DNA from: an uncultured Nitrospiraceae bacterium
GTDB taxonomy: Bacteria; Nitrospirota; Nitrospiria; Nitrospirales; Nitrospiraceae
Assembly: GCA_963706325.1 (NCBI GenBank)
Contig: CAVPLT010000008.1
Location: 1 to 39,146 of the forward strand
Direction: 5' to 3'
DNA: 39,146 nt
This document shows, piece by piece, positions 1-12,920 of this stretch. A model generated the notes under the pieces. That model saw only the letters and a list, made by a program, of their open reading frames with translations, was not told the origin of the DNA and did no database searches. Position 1 is the stretch's first letter. Every line of letters starts with the position of its first letter. The position numbers and the translations under genes were made by a program.

Positions 1-129
1 CAGCACCCTTACCAGAGTAGAATGACTTCCACCTTGAATGATGCCATGGGTCGGCTGAGCGTATAGCCGTGGTAACGCGTGCTCCGGCCGTCACGGCACT
101 TTGGATAAAGTCAACAGGATAGTAAGCCA

Positions 130-1379
130 ATGATAAGTGCCACGAAAAATTTAAACGTTCTGTTTATAGTTGAAAATAATAATGTGCCTCCGGATATTCG
201 TGTGTGGAGAGAGGCCAGGACCGCGAAACAGGCCGGGTATTGCGTAACAGTAATCTCGCCAAAAACTAAAAATTATCCGAAAAGCTTACGAAGCAATCGA
301 TGGCATTCATATATATCGTCATCCTGTTATTGAAAATACAGGTGGGAAAATTAATACGGTTTTTGAATACGCCAACGCGTTTTTTTGGGAAGTGTCGATC
401 ACGCTGAGAGTGTTTTTCAAGAATCGGTTCCATTTAATTCATGCAGCGAACCCCCCGAGACCATATATTTATTATCGCTCTACTATTTAAAATGTTTGGG
501 GTCAAATTTATTTCGACCACAGCCGTCCGACCTCGCGCCGGAGCTTTATTTGTCCAAATTTGGTAGCGGAAAGGGAATTATCTATAAATTGCTCAACTTG
601 ATGGAAAAGCTCTCTTGCCTATTTGCCGACGCAGTTATCAGTACGAATCAATCGTACAAAGAGCATGTGAGTTAAACGACATGCAATAAGTCCGGATAAA
701 GTCTTTGTAGTTCGAAATGATCCTGAAGTGCCGGCGACACAAATAAAAGGCAACTGCGAGCAGTATGAAAGCAAGCAGGTCACGAGGCTATTGTATATGG
801 GCTCAATTAACAATCAAGACGGAGTTGATTTATTGCCCAAAGTGATACAGTTGTTGGTGGAGCAGCTTAATCAGAGAGAGATACATTGCACAATAGTCGG
901 AAGGACGGAGATCATTTGCCCCATGTGAAAGCACTTTGCATAGAATTGGGCATAAATTCTTATTTTGATTTCACTGGATACATTGCATGATCGAAAGATA
1001 GTTCAAAAACACATTGAACGTGCCGATATCTGCCTGGAGACTGCCCCTTATAGCGAATTGAATTGTAAATGCAACTTCATAAAGGTCATGGAATACATGG
1101 CAGCCAGAAAACCAATCGTCGCATTTGACTTGGAGGAAACTCGATATTCCGCCAAAGATTCGGCTCTGTTAATTGAATTAGGTGACCTGGAGGGCGTTTG
1201 CGGAGGCGATTAAAAAGCTTATATGCGAACCGCTTTTGAGAGGAGCTCGGAAAAAATGGGCAAAGTCGGATTGCACAGGTCTTAAACTGGAACAATTCGT
1301 CCCTGAATTAATGAAAGCGTACGAATATGTAACTGGGAATGGCACTTCCAGAGTGTTCGTGGGTAGTCTGAATAAATAG
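130..1379 (+). CDS. Glycosyltransferase family 4 (GT-B), frameshifted into ~5 pieces
   Basis: Consecutive ORFs 130-333, 385-675, 728-928, 965-1213 and 1182-1379 join into one GT4: N-terminal VENxxVPxDxRVWREA, DLAPELY, LLYMGSINNQDGVD, KVMEYMAARKPIVAFDLEE. Region is visibly AT-rich. Confidence 0.85.
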
Positions 1380-1576
1380 GATCGCCGTCCAAATCACGGC
1401 CCACGCCACTATCGGGGCTGACCGGGTACTAACACGACACCGCATCCTGTAAAGCCTGTTCGTTCGGGAACAGCTACGCTTCCGTTCAATCTCTCCACAG
1501 CAGCCTATACGCGCCTCAACTGTTCGCCTTTGGGATGAGTCAATAGCACCACAGAAAGGACGAACGCAAAGGATCT

Positions 1577-2441
1577 ATGGGGAAGTATGTCATCATCACC
1601 CCTGCACGAGATGAAGAGCCCTTCATTGAGAAGACGATCCAGTCGATGATCAACCAAACAGTGAAGCCGGTCGGTGGATCGTGGTGAACTTAATTCTTCG
1701 GACCCGGACAGCGGAAATTGCCGAGCGGTACGCCGCGGAAAACAGTTTTTTTTCAGGTGATCAACCTGAAGCGTGGAAAAGAGAGGAATTTCGGAAACAA
1801 AGTCCGCGCTTTTAATCACGGACTCTGTGAGGCAAAAAGAGTTGATTACCAATTTATTGGAAACATCTGATGCCGATATCACTTTGGAGAAAGATCATTT
1901 TGAGAAAATCCTTGGTGAATTCGACGCAGATTCCAAGCTTGGCGTGGCCGGAGGAATGGTGTACTCCTGTATCGGGGACAGGTTAGTCAGCCAGAACGTA
2001 GCGCTGATATCGTCGCCGGAGCCGTCCAACTGTTCCGACGGATTGCTTTGAGCAAATAGGAGGCTACCTGGCGTTGCCCCTTGGCGGGATCGACGCCGCC
2101 GCCGAGATTATGGCTCGGATGAAGGGCTGGAAAGTGCGTACATTCCCTTAACCTTCCGGTGTTTGAGCATCGCCGGACCGGCTCGGCCAAAGCCAGTCCA
2201 TTGAAAGCCCGAATACGGGAGGGGCGAAGGTTCTACTCACTTGGGTATGGTTTGTTGTTTTTTTGTCTGCGCTGCTTCTATCGGTCATGGGAACAAGCCG
2301 AGGATTATTGGAAGTAGCGCTGCCCTCTTTGGATTCGTACAAGGTATGCTCAAACGAGAACCGATCGTGTTGCCGCCTGAGGTGGTTCGTTATCTAAGGG
2401 CAGAGCAGTCGGAAAAGCTTCGACGTAAATTTGTGGGATGA
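1577..2441 (+). CDS. Glycosyltransferase family 2, frameshifted
   Basis: ATG at 1577 reads MGKYVIITPARDEEPFIEKTIQSMINQT (not in the ORF track); later pieces give DADITL (DxD motif), KLGVAGG, and C-terminal EPIVLPPEVVRYLRAEQ ending 2441. Confidence 0.8.
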
Positions 2442-2451
2442 CGTAAATTAG

Positions 2452-4332
2452 ATGTGCGGAATTACCGGAGATTTCTGACAGGGCTGGCAATCCTGTTGAT
2501 GAAGGACTTCTTCAGCGGATGACATCGGCGCTCCAGCATCGCGGACCGGATGGTCACGGCTATTTTGCCCAGCGTGGAGTGGGTCTGGGACACCGCCGGC
2601 TGAGCATTATCGACGTGGAGGGGGGCGCTCAGCCGATCTGCAATGAAGATGGAAGTTTGCAGATTGTATTTAACGGTGAAATTTATAATTTTGTCGAGCT
2701 GCGAAAGGAATTGGAGGGCGCCGGCCACACATTTAAGACCCGGTCCGATACGGAGGTCATCGTCCATGCCTACGAGCAGTGGGGCAAAGGGTGCGTTGAG
2801 CGCTTTAACGGAATGTTTGCCTTTGCCCTGTGGGACTCGAACAAGCGCGAGCTTTTTCTCGCTCGGGATCATCTCGGTATCAAGCCACTATATTATATCG
2901 ATTTGGGTAGCCGAATTTTATTTGGGTCCGAGATCAAGGCGCTGCTTCAAGATGCTGAGTGCCCTCGGGATGTGGATGTCGAATCTTTGGCTGAACTTTT
3001 CACATTTCGATACGTGCCTTCTCCCAAAACGCTCTTTAAAGGCGTCCGTAAGTTGCCGCCAGGGCATCACATGATCCTCTCTAAGAGAGGAATTGAGGTA
3101 ACGCCATTCTGGGTTCGGAGGGCGCGAATCCTGGAGCGCTACGACGAACAGGCGCTAATCCAAGAGTATTGCATGCTACTAGAGGACGCTGTGCGGCTCC
3201 AGCTTCGAAGCGATGTGCCGTTGGGGCTTTTCTTGAGCTCTGGCGTCGACTCGGGCGCTCTTCTAGCTATCATGAGCCGATTATTCTTCCAGGCCTGTTC
3301 AAACATTCACTATAGGATTTGACGGAGGAGAGAAGACGAACGAGATCGAGGACGCGAGTGTTCTGGCTCGGATGTTTGGAGCGGACCATTACTTCATGCA
3401 GGTGAGCTCCGGACGATTATCTGAAATACTATGAAAAGTATCTATGGGATCTTGAGGAACCGGTGGGAAATGAAACCGCCGCCGCATTCCATTTCGTCAG
3501 TAAGATCGCCAGCGAAAAGGTCAAGGTGGCGCTGACTGGTCAGGGGGCCGATGAGCCGTGGGCAGGGTACGATCGTTACTTGGGGGCTAAACTATCGACC
3601 ATCTATAGCCGGTTGCCGTCCTTGGTAACAGGTCCGTTGGCCTCACTCGTGAATAGGATCCCGGGCCGGTTTGAACGGCTCAAGCGGGGTGTGAGTTCAC
3701 TTGGTGAGCCGGATATGTTGAAACGGCTTACCAAGATCTACTCATTCTTTAGTGCCGAGATGAAGCAACAACTTTTTAAGGGACCCCTAACCGCCCAGAT
3801 TATGGACGATGTATATCGATCGAAGGAAGCTCTTCGTCGCCTGCAATGCGACGTGGAACATCTGGATCCGGTGACGCAGATGCTTTATATCGACACCCGG
3901 GCCAGTCTGCCGGACGATTTGCTGATGGTTGGGGATAAAATGTCCATGGCAAATTCGCTGGAGGTTCGGGTCCCTTTCTTGGACTATCGCCTGGTTGAAT
4001 TTATCGAAAGCCTTCCTCTGAAGCTCAAGCTGAACGGATGGACGGGGAAATACCTCCATAAAAAAGCGCTGCTAAAATGGTTGCCGAAGGAAGTCGTCTA
4101 TCGGAAGAAAAAAGGATTTGCGAATCCCGTTGAAGACTGGTTTCGCACGAAGATGCGCCCCTTCGTCGAAGAGGCTCTTTTGAGCCCTGCCTCCGCTGTA
4201 GGCCAGATACTTCGACCAGTCCTATATACGTCGCATGCTCCAGAAAGACCAAGAGGGACGGAGCAACTCCGCCGCCATATCTACCTCCTTGTTTCATTCG
4301 AATTGTGGCATCGCGCATTTATTAGACATTGA
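2452..4332 (+). CDS. asnB: Asparagine synthase (glutamine-hydrolysing)-family amidotransferase, EPS-associated, frameshifted
   Basis: ATG 2452 gives MCGI (Ntn Cys); HRGPD, LGHRRLSIID, FNGEIYN, ARDHLGIKPLYY, LSSGVDS, TGQGADE, SLEVRVPFLD, KKGF. Indels near 2470 and 3280-3450. Confidence 0.92.
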
Positions 4333-4398
4333 TAAAATGTAAGTCCCCCAACATATGGATCTATCAATTTATCATCGCCAACTGAGCCCCTCTCCCTC

Positions 4399-4570
4399 CT
4401 AGCCCGCATTACTCATTACGGTTCACAGCGAAATCGCTGAGGCGCGTTGCGAAATCGGCGCGAGAGACCTGAGGTGACCCGATGCGTACTCGTTCAGTAC
4501 GGTGAGGATCCGAAAAACGGGCCTATTGGCCCAAGGCCAGACGTAGCAGCGGATCGGCGATTGCAGCAGG
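4399..4570. repeat. Structured intergenic element, possible degenerate REP/MITE-like repeat
   Basis: Nested inverted repeats: AATCGCTGA 4432-4440 pairs with TCGGCGATT 4554-4562; CGTACT-cgttc-AGTACG 4485-4501; GGGCC-tatt-GGCCC 4519-4532. Begins at CTAG 4399. Confidence 0.4.
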
Positions 4571-4651
4571 ATCCAGGAATAAGGTGGTTCGGCACACACG
4601 GCAAAGATAGTCCGCTGACGCTAACTGACTAAGATGAAACGGGAGGATCCA

Positions 4652-5642
4652 ATGAAACTTTCTATCGTGATTGTGTGCTGGAACGACCTGAAAGTTATCC
4701 GCGATTGCCTGCAGTCAATTTACGCTGACACTCACTCAACTGAGTTCGAAGTCATCGTCTCCGACAATGGCTCAACCGATGGTTCAGTTGATTTCATACG
4801 GCAGAACTACCCACAAGTCCTCGTTATCGAAAACCGGGCGAACCTTGGGTTTAGTAAGGGAAACAATGCGGGTATTCGGGCCACTCGTGGACAATATGTG
4901 CTAATCCTAAATCCAGACACGATCATACACGATCAGGCGTTGGATAGATGGCTTCAATTCGCCGACAAGCACCCAGAAGCCAGCGGCTTTGGATGTCGCG
5001 TTCTGAATTCTGACGGTTCCAATCAGGGGGCAGCAAGGCCCTTCCCAACGATCTGGCGAGACCTGCTGGCGGCACTTTACCTGAGACCACTTGCGCTCCT
5101 ATCGGACACTTTCATATCCGACACATATACTGGATGGCAAGGAGACACTGAGCGATTGATCGACTGGCAGTCCGGATGCTGTGTGATGTTCCGAGGCGAC
5201 TTGCTCAGATCATTAGGGGGGTTTGATGAGCAGTTCTTCTACCATTACGAGGAGGTCGACTTATGCCGTCGGGTCTGGCAGGCGGGTTATCCGATTATTT
5301 ATACCCCTCAAGTAAGTATCACACATCTAGGTGGGCAGTCAGTTAACCGGTTTCCGATCAAGTTTGCATTGGAAGACGTACCGTAACCGCTATCGCTACT
5401 TTTACAAGCACTACGGCCGAGAGGGAGCACGCCGTTGCCGCCGTGTCGCACTGGTCAAGTTGCGAGTTCGGCAGCTTGGCTACGGTATGATCCAGTTGGT
5501 AAGACGCACGGAGACGGTGAAAAGCCGCATGCACATGTACCGAGTCGCCGCGGAGTGGAACCAACGTCTCGACCCGGTCAAATTTGTCGAAGCTGGGGAG
5601 GAACCTCAAATCGAGGCCAAGGTGCTTGCTCCGTCCACGTAA
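4652..5642 (+). CDS. Glycosyltransferase family 2 (rhamnosyltransferase-like), one frameshift near 5370
   Basis: MKLSIVIVCWND, VSDNGSTDGS, NLGFSKGNN, LNPDT, GGFDEQFFYHYEEVDLC; C-terminus continues in ORF 5331-5642; GGGAGG SD upstream. Confidence 0.9.
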
Positions 5643-5706
5643 CATTTTGCAACCCCTCTTCTAATCTCCATAAAACACTCATATCTCTTGAAAGGGAGGT
5701 ATCCCA

Positions 5707-6733
5707 ATGACTGTATCTCTAGTTACTGGTGGCGCTGGATTCATGGGGTCACATGTTGCCGAGCGTTTGCTCGACATGGACATACTGTGGTCGTCATAGA
5801 CGACTTGAGTGGGGGGTACATTGATAACGTCCCCGAGGGTGCAATATTTATTGAAGGATCGATCTTAGACCATAACGTAATTAATCGCTTATTTGAGAAG
5901 TACGCCTTCAAGTATGTGTATCACTTGGCAGCCTATGCCGCAGAAGGACTGAGCCATTTCATTAAACGATTCAATTACCAAAACAATCTTGTTGGTTCAG
6001 TGAATCTTATTAATGCGTGCATCAACTACAATATTAACTGTCTCAGTTTTTACCTCTTCTATCGCAGTCTATGGGGCGGGTCAGTCCCCGATGACTGAGG
6101 ACATGGCCCCCGTGCCAGAAGACTCATACGGGATCGCCAAGCTAGGAGTTGAGCAGGATTTGAAGGCCAGCCAGCAGTATGTTCGGCCTCGATTACATAA
6201 TTTTCCGTCCTCACAATGTTTATGGTGAGAGGCAGAATATCGGCGACCGATATCGGAACGTCGTGGGAATCTTCATGAACCAGTTACTGAGGGGCGAACC
6301 CATGACTATTTTCGGGGACGGAGAACAACAACGCGCCTTCACGCACATCAACGACGTAGCACCGATTATTGCTGACTCGGTGAACCATCCAGCAGCGCGC
6401 AATGAAATCTTTAACGTCGGTGCTGACCAACCTTATGCAGTGAATGAGCTGGCCCGTCTTGTTGCCACCGCCATGGATCTGCCATGCCAAACTGCACACT
6501 TGGAACCGCGAAATGAGGTGAAGATCGCCTTCTCAGACCATAGCAAAGCGGAGCGGATCTTTGGCAGGCGCGAGAAGACTAGACTTCAAGATGGAATTTC
6601 TGCAATGGCGGAATGGGTAAAAAAACACGGCGCTCGTGAGAGCAGCGTTTTTGAAAACATTGAGGTCATCAAAAATATGCCCCCCAGCTGGGCGAGTGTC
6701 GCGGAGCGGAAGCTGGCAGCCCGCGAAGTTTAG
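5707..6733 (+). CDS. NAD-dependent epimerase/dehydratase (extended SDR), frameshifted
   Basis: ATG 5707 after GGGAGG reads MTVSLVTGGAGFMGSHV (Rossmann motif); HLAA, FTSSIAVYG, YGIAK (YxxxK), RPHNVYG, FGDGEQQRAFTHINDV across three ORFs. Confidence 0.92.
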
Positions 6734-6844
6734 CTGGCACAGATGTGATGCGTAAGGATTATTTTGAATCTGGTCGATGAATCGCTCCCTTGTCTAATGC
6801 ATATACTAGACCATTGAAATCCTTTGTACTTCAGGGTTGGAACT

Positions 6845-7609
6845 ATGGACGATAGATTGTTAGAAACGAAACAAGCTTTTCAGAACCCCCACTGGTATTT
6901 CGAAAAGCTAGGCTATCACGTCCGGGTCCGCATCGAGACTATCGGGGAGTTTCTAAACGGAGTAAAGTTCGACCGGATTCTAGATATCGGTTGTGGCGAC
7001 GGAGCTATTTCGCTGCCGCTCCTCACGGAGAACACCCGTCTTACGCTGCTGGATATGTCAGAAGGGATGTTGTCTCGGGCGCGAGCGCGCATTCCAGCAC
7101 CCCAGTTAGATCGCGTGGAGATTGTGAACGGTGATTTTATGAGCACCTCATTTGAGAGATGCTCGTACGATTTGATTGTTTGCATCGGTGTGCTTGCGTA
7201 CATCGATCCGCTGAAGCCCTTCCTTCAGAAATTGTCCTCCATTTTAAAACCGGGGGGCAGGCTCATTATCGAGTGGACCGATGGCTACCATATCGTGAAT
7301 CGTATTTTCCGCCCTTATCATAAGTTGATGAATGTGTTTGTTACGCCGAAGGTCCGATTGTCGATCCACAGGCATGCCGCGGTCGTTGAAGGGCTGAAAG
7401 AACTCGGATTCGAAGTGCAAGGATCATATCAATACTGCTCACCTCTTCCGGTTGTACGCCGGCTACTCAGTCAAAAAATTAATTACCGGTTGATACGGAG
7501 AATGCACGGAAATGTGCAACATAATCGCGCCGTCTGGCTAGGAGAAGAGTGTATTTTCCATTTCCGAAAGACATCCCCTCAAGTGTCACCAACGCATGAT
7601 CCTCTTTGA
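6845..7609 (+). CDS. Class I SAM-dependent methyltransferase
   Basis: ILDIGCGDG motif I, LDMSEGML, YDLIVCIGVL, LKPGGRL; intact frame, likely ATG at 6845. Confidence 0.9.
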   Translation: MDDRLLETKQAFQNPHWYFEKLGYHVRVRIETIGEFLNGVKFDRILDIGCGDGAISLPLLTENTRLTLLDMSEGMLSRARARIPAPQLDRVEIVNGDFMSTSFERCSYDLIVCIGVLAYIDPLKPFLQKLSSILKPGGRLIIEWTDGYHIVNRIFRPYHKLMNVFVTPKVRLSIHRHAAVVEGLKELGFEVQGSYQYCSPLPVVRRLLSQKINYRLIRRMHGNVQHNRAVWLGEECIFHFRKTSPQVSPTHDPL

Positions 7610-7848
7610 GTCGCAGCGGGTCTCTTAAACATTCCCGAGACGATGACGCGATATTTGTGTTTGGCATGCTATGTGTGGGGCATCCTTTGAGCCAGCAAAG
7701 GCATCTGAGTTTCGGACTTCAGTCCATGAGTTAAATTGAATAGAAACGCATCTGGCAATGGACAAGCATTAACAGATGGAGCGGGCAACGCTTCGGGCAC
7801 CAGGCGGTGCCTTCGACTATAAACATCCAATATCTCACCGAATTGCAT

Positions 7849-9181
7849 ATGGAACTTAGCGGTGTTCCTTTATTGTTCGTAATCGTGAATGTGGTCGCGT
7901 TGCTTTCCCTTCCGCGTCGCTGGGCACCTATGCCGCTTCTAATGGGTGCCTGCTACATGACCCTTGATTCCGGTATTGAGATAGGACCGGCTCATTTCAC
8001 TATCATCCGAATGCTAATCGCTGCCGGAATATTGAGAGTGATGTTGCGTGGAGAGCGGATAGTCGGGCAGACAAACGGTGTGGACAAGCTCATGTTATTC
8101 TGGGCTTCTTGGGCGATAATAAGCAGTGCGTTCCACAGGGATCCCTTAGCTGCACTCATATTCCGGTTCGGCCTCGTGTACAACGTGTGTGGAATTTATT
8201 TCCTCATTCGTGTGTTATGTCAATCGCTCAACGACGTGGTCAGAGTGTGCCAAATCACTGCCATCTTTCTGGTGCCCCTATCAATGGCGATGCTGTTGGA
8301 GCACTCGACAGGACAGAATGTCTTTTCCGCATTGGGCGCCAAAGAGTTTTCAGAGGTCAGGAACGACAAAATTCGTGCACAAGGACCCTTCGCGCATCCG
8401 ATTCTCGCCGGCACGGTCGGTGCTGTCTGCCTACCGTTAATGATCGGCCTCTGGCGCCAACACCGTGCTACTGCGGTTGCAGGAACAGCTGCTTGTCTGG
8501 CTATGGTTTTTGCTTCCTCTTCCAGTGGACCGATCCTGAGCGCTTTGTTCGGCGTTGGTGCGTTATTGATGTGGCATTGGCGCCATCGGATGCGGCTTCT
8601 CCGGTGGATTGCTTTTCTTGGATATGATAGGGCTCGATCTGATCATGAATGCGCCGGCCTATTATTTACTCGCAAGGATCGACCTGACCGGGAGCAGTAC
8701 CGGATGGCATCGGGCATTCTTGATCGACACCGCATTGGAACACCTTTCCGAATGGTGGTTTGCAGGTACCGATGTGACCCGACACTGGATGGAATATGGC
8801 GTCGGTTGGAGTGAGGATCATATCGATATTACAAACTACTATTTGAATATGGGCGTATTGGGAGGGGGGCCTCTCATGTTCTTGTTCATCGCCATTCTGA
8901 CGAAGGGATTTTCCCTTGTGGGACAGAGCTTGCAGCCAGGGGCTGATCTTTCCGTTGAGTCTCGGTTTATGATTTGGGCGCTGGGGTGTTCCCTGTTCGC
9001 TCACGCCGCCACATTCATGTCAGTATCCTACTTTGACCAATCTGTTGTGTTTCTGTATTTGACTCTTGCGGTTGTTGCATCAAATTGGTCGGCTACCGTC
9101 ATTCCGACCAAAGAGGAAAATACGGTTGAGATTGAACTCCCTGCCTTTTCGGCCATAAGCAGTTCAAGCCATGCACTTTAA
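7849..9181 (+). CDS. Polytopic membrane protein, Wzy polymerase / O-antigen ligase-like, one frameshift near 8620
   Basis: Many hydrophobic segments; RAQGPFAHPILAG, SSSSGP, TGWHRAFLI, DITNYY motifs; position inside the glycosyltransferase cluster. Confidence 0.75.
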
Positions 9182-9344
9182 TAGCTGGCCGCTGGCCTAT
9201 TCTACGCTCCGTTCCAAGCGCAGCCGGTAGGCAATCTGCGTATAGGACGACGTCTGCACATCTTTTGCTATTTGGTCAACCGTATTTATTTTGCTCAGTT
9301 TGACTCAAACCGCGGGCGATCGTGCTTTAAGAAATCCTTAAAAG

Positions 9345-10544
9345 ATGAAAGTCACATTTGTCATTCCATTTGCAGGGTTGCAGGGGGGGATTCGCGTGGT
9401 TGCGATTCTCGCGGACCTATTGAAACGCCGAGGACACCAGGTTCTGGTGATTTCGACGCCGCAGCAGGTTTCACTACGCTGGAAGATGGAGTCGTTCTTA
9501 ACTACCGGAAGGTGGGATAATCATTCCGAGCCTTCTCACTTTGACAAAATTGATGTGGAACACCGCGTGCTGGAGCAGGTCAGACCGGTGACTGATGCGG
9601 ATGTGCCGGATGCGGATGTTGTGGTGGCCGTTTACTATAGGATCGCTTACGGGGTGCTGGGTCTCTCTCCGAAAAAGGGAGCGAAGGTAATATTTCTCCA
9701 GGGGTATGAAGTTGAGGCAGGGAAGCCAAACCCAAGGTTGGACGCGACTTGGCGTATGCCGATGCATAAGATCACAGTATCTGACTGGCTGCTCCAACTG
9801 GCGCGTGAAAAATTCGAAGATGAGGTGGTTTCTCTTGTACCCAACGGCGTGGATTTAGATCAATTTTATGCGCCACCGAGGAGTAAAAGAGCAGTTCCTA
9901 CAGTTGGACTCCTTCATCATCACGATCCCCTAAAGGGGTGCAGCGTTAGCATCAAGGCGTTGAGGCGCATGGCAAAGGCTGTGCCGTCACTTCGTGCGGT
10001 CTCATTCGGGGCGGACCAACCACACTGCGGTCTAAAGCTTCCGCGATTCGCAGAGTTTCATTGCCGGCCGCCGCAAGACATGCTTAAAGACATTCTACGC
10101 GCAATGTGACGTCTGGTTGTGCGGAAGCAATTCGGAAGGCTTTCACTTACCTCCTCTCGAGGCGATGGCTTGCCGGTGTCCAGTTGTGTCGACGCGCGTG
10201 GAGGGCCTCTTGATATCATTGAGGAGGGCGTGAACGGTCACTTAGTCAATGTCAAAGATGTCGGTGCGCTAGCGGCACAAGCGTTGCGCGTCTTGAATTT
10301 GCCCGGAGAGGACTGGCGAAAGATGTCTGAGGCAGCCTACCGCACGGCAACCCGCTATTCCTGGAATGATGCGACAGACCGGTTTGAAAATGCATTGCAA
10401 CTGGCAGTTGAGCGTAATATGCGCGGTGAATTGAGCTGGCGTCGATATCATCCACAACATCCCTCTAAGTATGTAACGCAGGACCTAGTGGTGAAAGACG
10501 ATGCTACAAATAGGAAAGGAGTCAATCCGGATCGTTCGACATGA
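9345..10544 (+). CDS. Glycosyltransferase family 4, frameshifted near 10095-10200
   Basis: GGIRVV, VPNGVD, KG; alternate frame YAQCDVWLCGSNSEGFHLPPLEAMACRCPVV gives the Ex7E motif; GGPLDIIEEGVNG. Confidence 0.88.
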
Positions 10545-11476
10545 CGGATGGATTGTCTTTTTAGAAAGAGTCCAGATGTTTGCCCACTATCGCTTCCATA
10601 AGCTATCTAGAGTAATGCAACAGAAAAAATATCAGTACAAACATCAGGAAGAATGGCCCGCTGAAAGGCCGCTCGTATCCGTTATTATCCCTTGCTACAA
10701 CTATGGGGCATTCATCAAAGGGGCGATTGAGTCCGTTCTTGCGCAGACGTTTCAACGGTTTGAGATACTAATCATTAATGATGGTTCAACCGATGAAATG
10801 ACACTAACTGTGTTGGATAACTTGTGCTATGAAAGGACAAAGGTTATTCATCAAACAAATCAAGGCTTGGCGCAGACACGAAACAATGGTGCGGCACTCG
10901 CTGTGGGAAAGTATATCTGCTATCTAGATCCGGATGATCTATTAGAACCCACCTACTTAGAAAAGACCTTGTCTCATCTTGAAAGCGATGAGAGCTTGGG
11001 AAGTTGTTATAGTTGGGTCCACTGTTTTGGTGACTTTGATTCTGTATGGAAAACAGAGAATCTAGATCCATTTCTTTTAAGACAAGGGTGTATAGCCCCT
11101 TCGCATAGTGTCCTTAGGAAAGCCGCATGGCGAAAAGTAAAAGAAGAAAACGGATCTGGATTCTTGAACGAAATACAATGGATTTTTTGAAGATTGGGTA
11201 TTCTGGATTGATATGGTTCAATGCGGTTATCGAGGGCACGTAATTAAAGAACCGCTTATTCATTACCGTATTCATGCCAACTCACTCGGAGCAACACACA
11301 AGCCTGGATGGAAAAAGATGCTTCCGATCCTTCATGAGGATCGGAGAAAATTCTTCTTCGATCGATCATATAGAAAACAATTGGAGAAGAGACTTAACGT
11401 AAGAATTTATGTTCAAAATAGCCGTATTAATCTTTCTTCTCCAACCTTTCATCAATCACAAGGAATCTCTTCCTAA
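10501..11476 (+). CDS. Glycosyltransferase family 2, frameshift near 11165-11190
   Basis: LVSVIIPCYNYG, INDGSTD, NQGLAQTRNNG, LDPDD; downstream EDWVFWIDMVQCGYRG..EPLIHYR. AT-rich. Confidence 0.88.
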
Positions 11477-11581
11477 AGGAATCAACGTCCCTAATCCCCT
11501 ATCCGTTGATAGTAACTTTGGGCTGCTTCATGCTTGGCTGTGACTCCCACCGGCGAGCCCTAAAATGGGACCTAAGGTTCT

Positions 11582-12694
11582 ATGACAACTCCAGCCGTTA
11601 GTTTCATTGTTCCCTGTTACAAGCTGGCGCACCTCTTGCCAGAATGCATCAATTCGATTCTTGCCCAAAGTTATGGCAATTTCGAAGTGCTGATCATGGA
11701 CGATTGCTCCCCTGATGATACGGCGGAAGTCGCACAGTCCTTCCGTGATAAGCGGGTAAGGCACATTCGTAATAACAGTAATCTTGGACACCTGAATAAT
11801 TACAACAAGGGAATTAGTTTAGCCGTCGGTAGATATGTATGGCTCATTTCTGCCGATGATTATCTGCGAACTCCATACGTCTTAAAAAGATACGTTGATC
11901 TTTTGGATGACAATTCAAAGATAGGATATACGTACTGCGCTGGGTTTGGCGTGCGAAATGGAGTGGAGTCTCATGTGATCGGTCGTTACCCAGGTGGAGA
12001 GGACCGAGATAGTGTTATCCCCGGCCACGTGATGCTCAAAAAACTTCTACGGTGGAACTTTGTGCTAGCGGCTTCGGGTTTTGGTGCGGCGCGAATGTTA
12101 CGAGAAGCTGAGCCATTTTCCGCTCGATATGCCCTGGTCTGGTGATTGGTATTTATGGTGTCTCTTCGCGCTGCATTATGACGTCGGCTATTTCGCGGAG
12201 CCTATGGTTTGCTATCGCGACCATTCACTGAGCATGACGACCAAGCTAACGCGTGAAAGTCTTGAAGCGTGCGCCTTTGAGGACGTTGCGATTCCTTGGA
12301 TTATGAGAAAGAAAGCTCAGGAAGCTGGATACGCGCGTCTGGCAAAGGATCTTCTTCCGGCAATTGCTCACACATATGCTCGAGTGATCGCGTCGAAACG
12401 TTATCGTGAAGCGGCAGTTATGACTCTTCAGCGATGTCGAGGTTCGCTTTGCCGGAATATCATCGATGAAAAAGGTACGCCGACTTGCTTCGCGCGTGTG
12501 CCTACGCAGATATGGGCAATGAGTACTGACTTTGCAGGATATTCGATTGTAGCCGCAGAATGCTACAAGGCGGCGCTTAAAATTAATCCTTTCATCGTAT
12601 TATTTATCTTAAAAAGGCCCTTCTGTCTTTCGGAAAAGCAGGACACTACTTAAGAAGAACGATATTGTCGATTCGTCAAGGAAAATGTTGGTAG
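11582..12694 (+). CDS. Glycosyltransferase family 2, frameshifts near 12075 and the 3' end
   Basis: VSFIVPCYK, MDDCSPD, NLGHLNNYNKG, ISADD; continues MVRRECYEK..SGDWYLW..EPMVCYR. Stop is 12653 or, after another shift, 12694. Confidence 0.85.
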
Positions 12695-12920
12695 CTTGTT
12701 GAATACTATGGACGATCATGTCCGGAGCTCTGGATCTCCTATGCCAATGTCGAGGGAACCCTTTCAATTGTACGTCACGTGCTCAGATGGATCAGGGTAT
12801 TTTAAAACATAGTCTACTGCCATTCGACCTTCGTCGCCGCTTCCCCGACTACGGAGCGATGGCTTAGTGCTCGTCAGCCACTGCCCATGGCAGGGAGGAG
12901 GCGGAATTGACGGCGGGTGT

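Noticed and set aside
1..66. Open frame QHPYQSRMTSTLNDAMGRLSV* at the window start
   Set aside because: Could be the tail of an upstream gene, but it is too short to support any call.
7753..7768. TGGCAATGGACAAGCA, GG-N10-GC upstream of the Wzy-like gene
   Set aside because: The -12 element is AAGC rather than TTGC and there is no supporting upstream box; likely chance.
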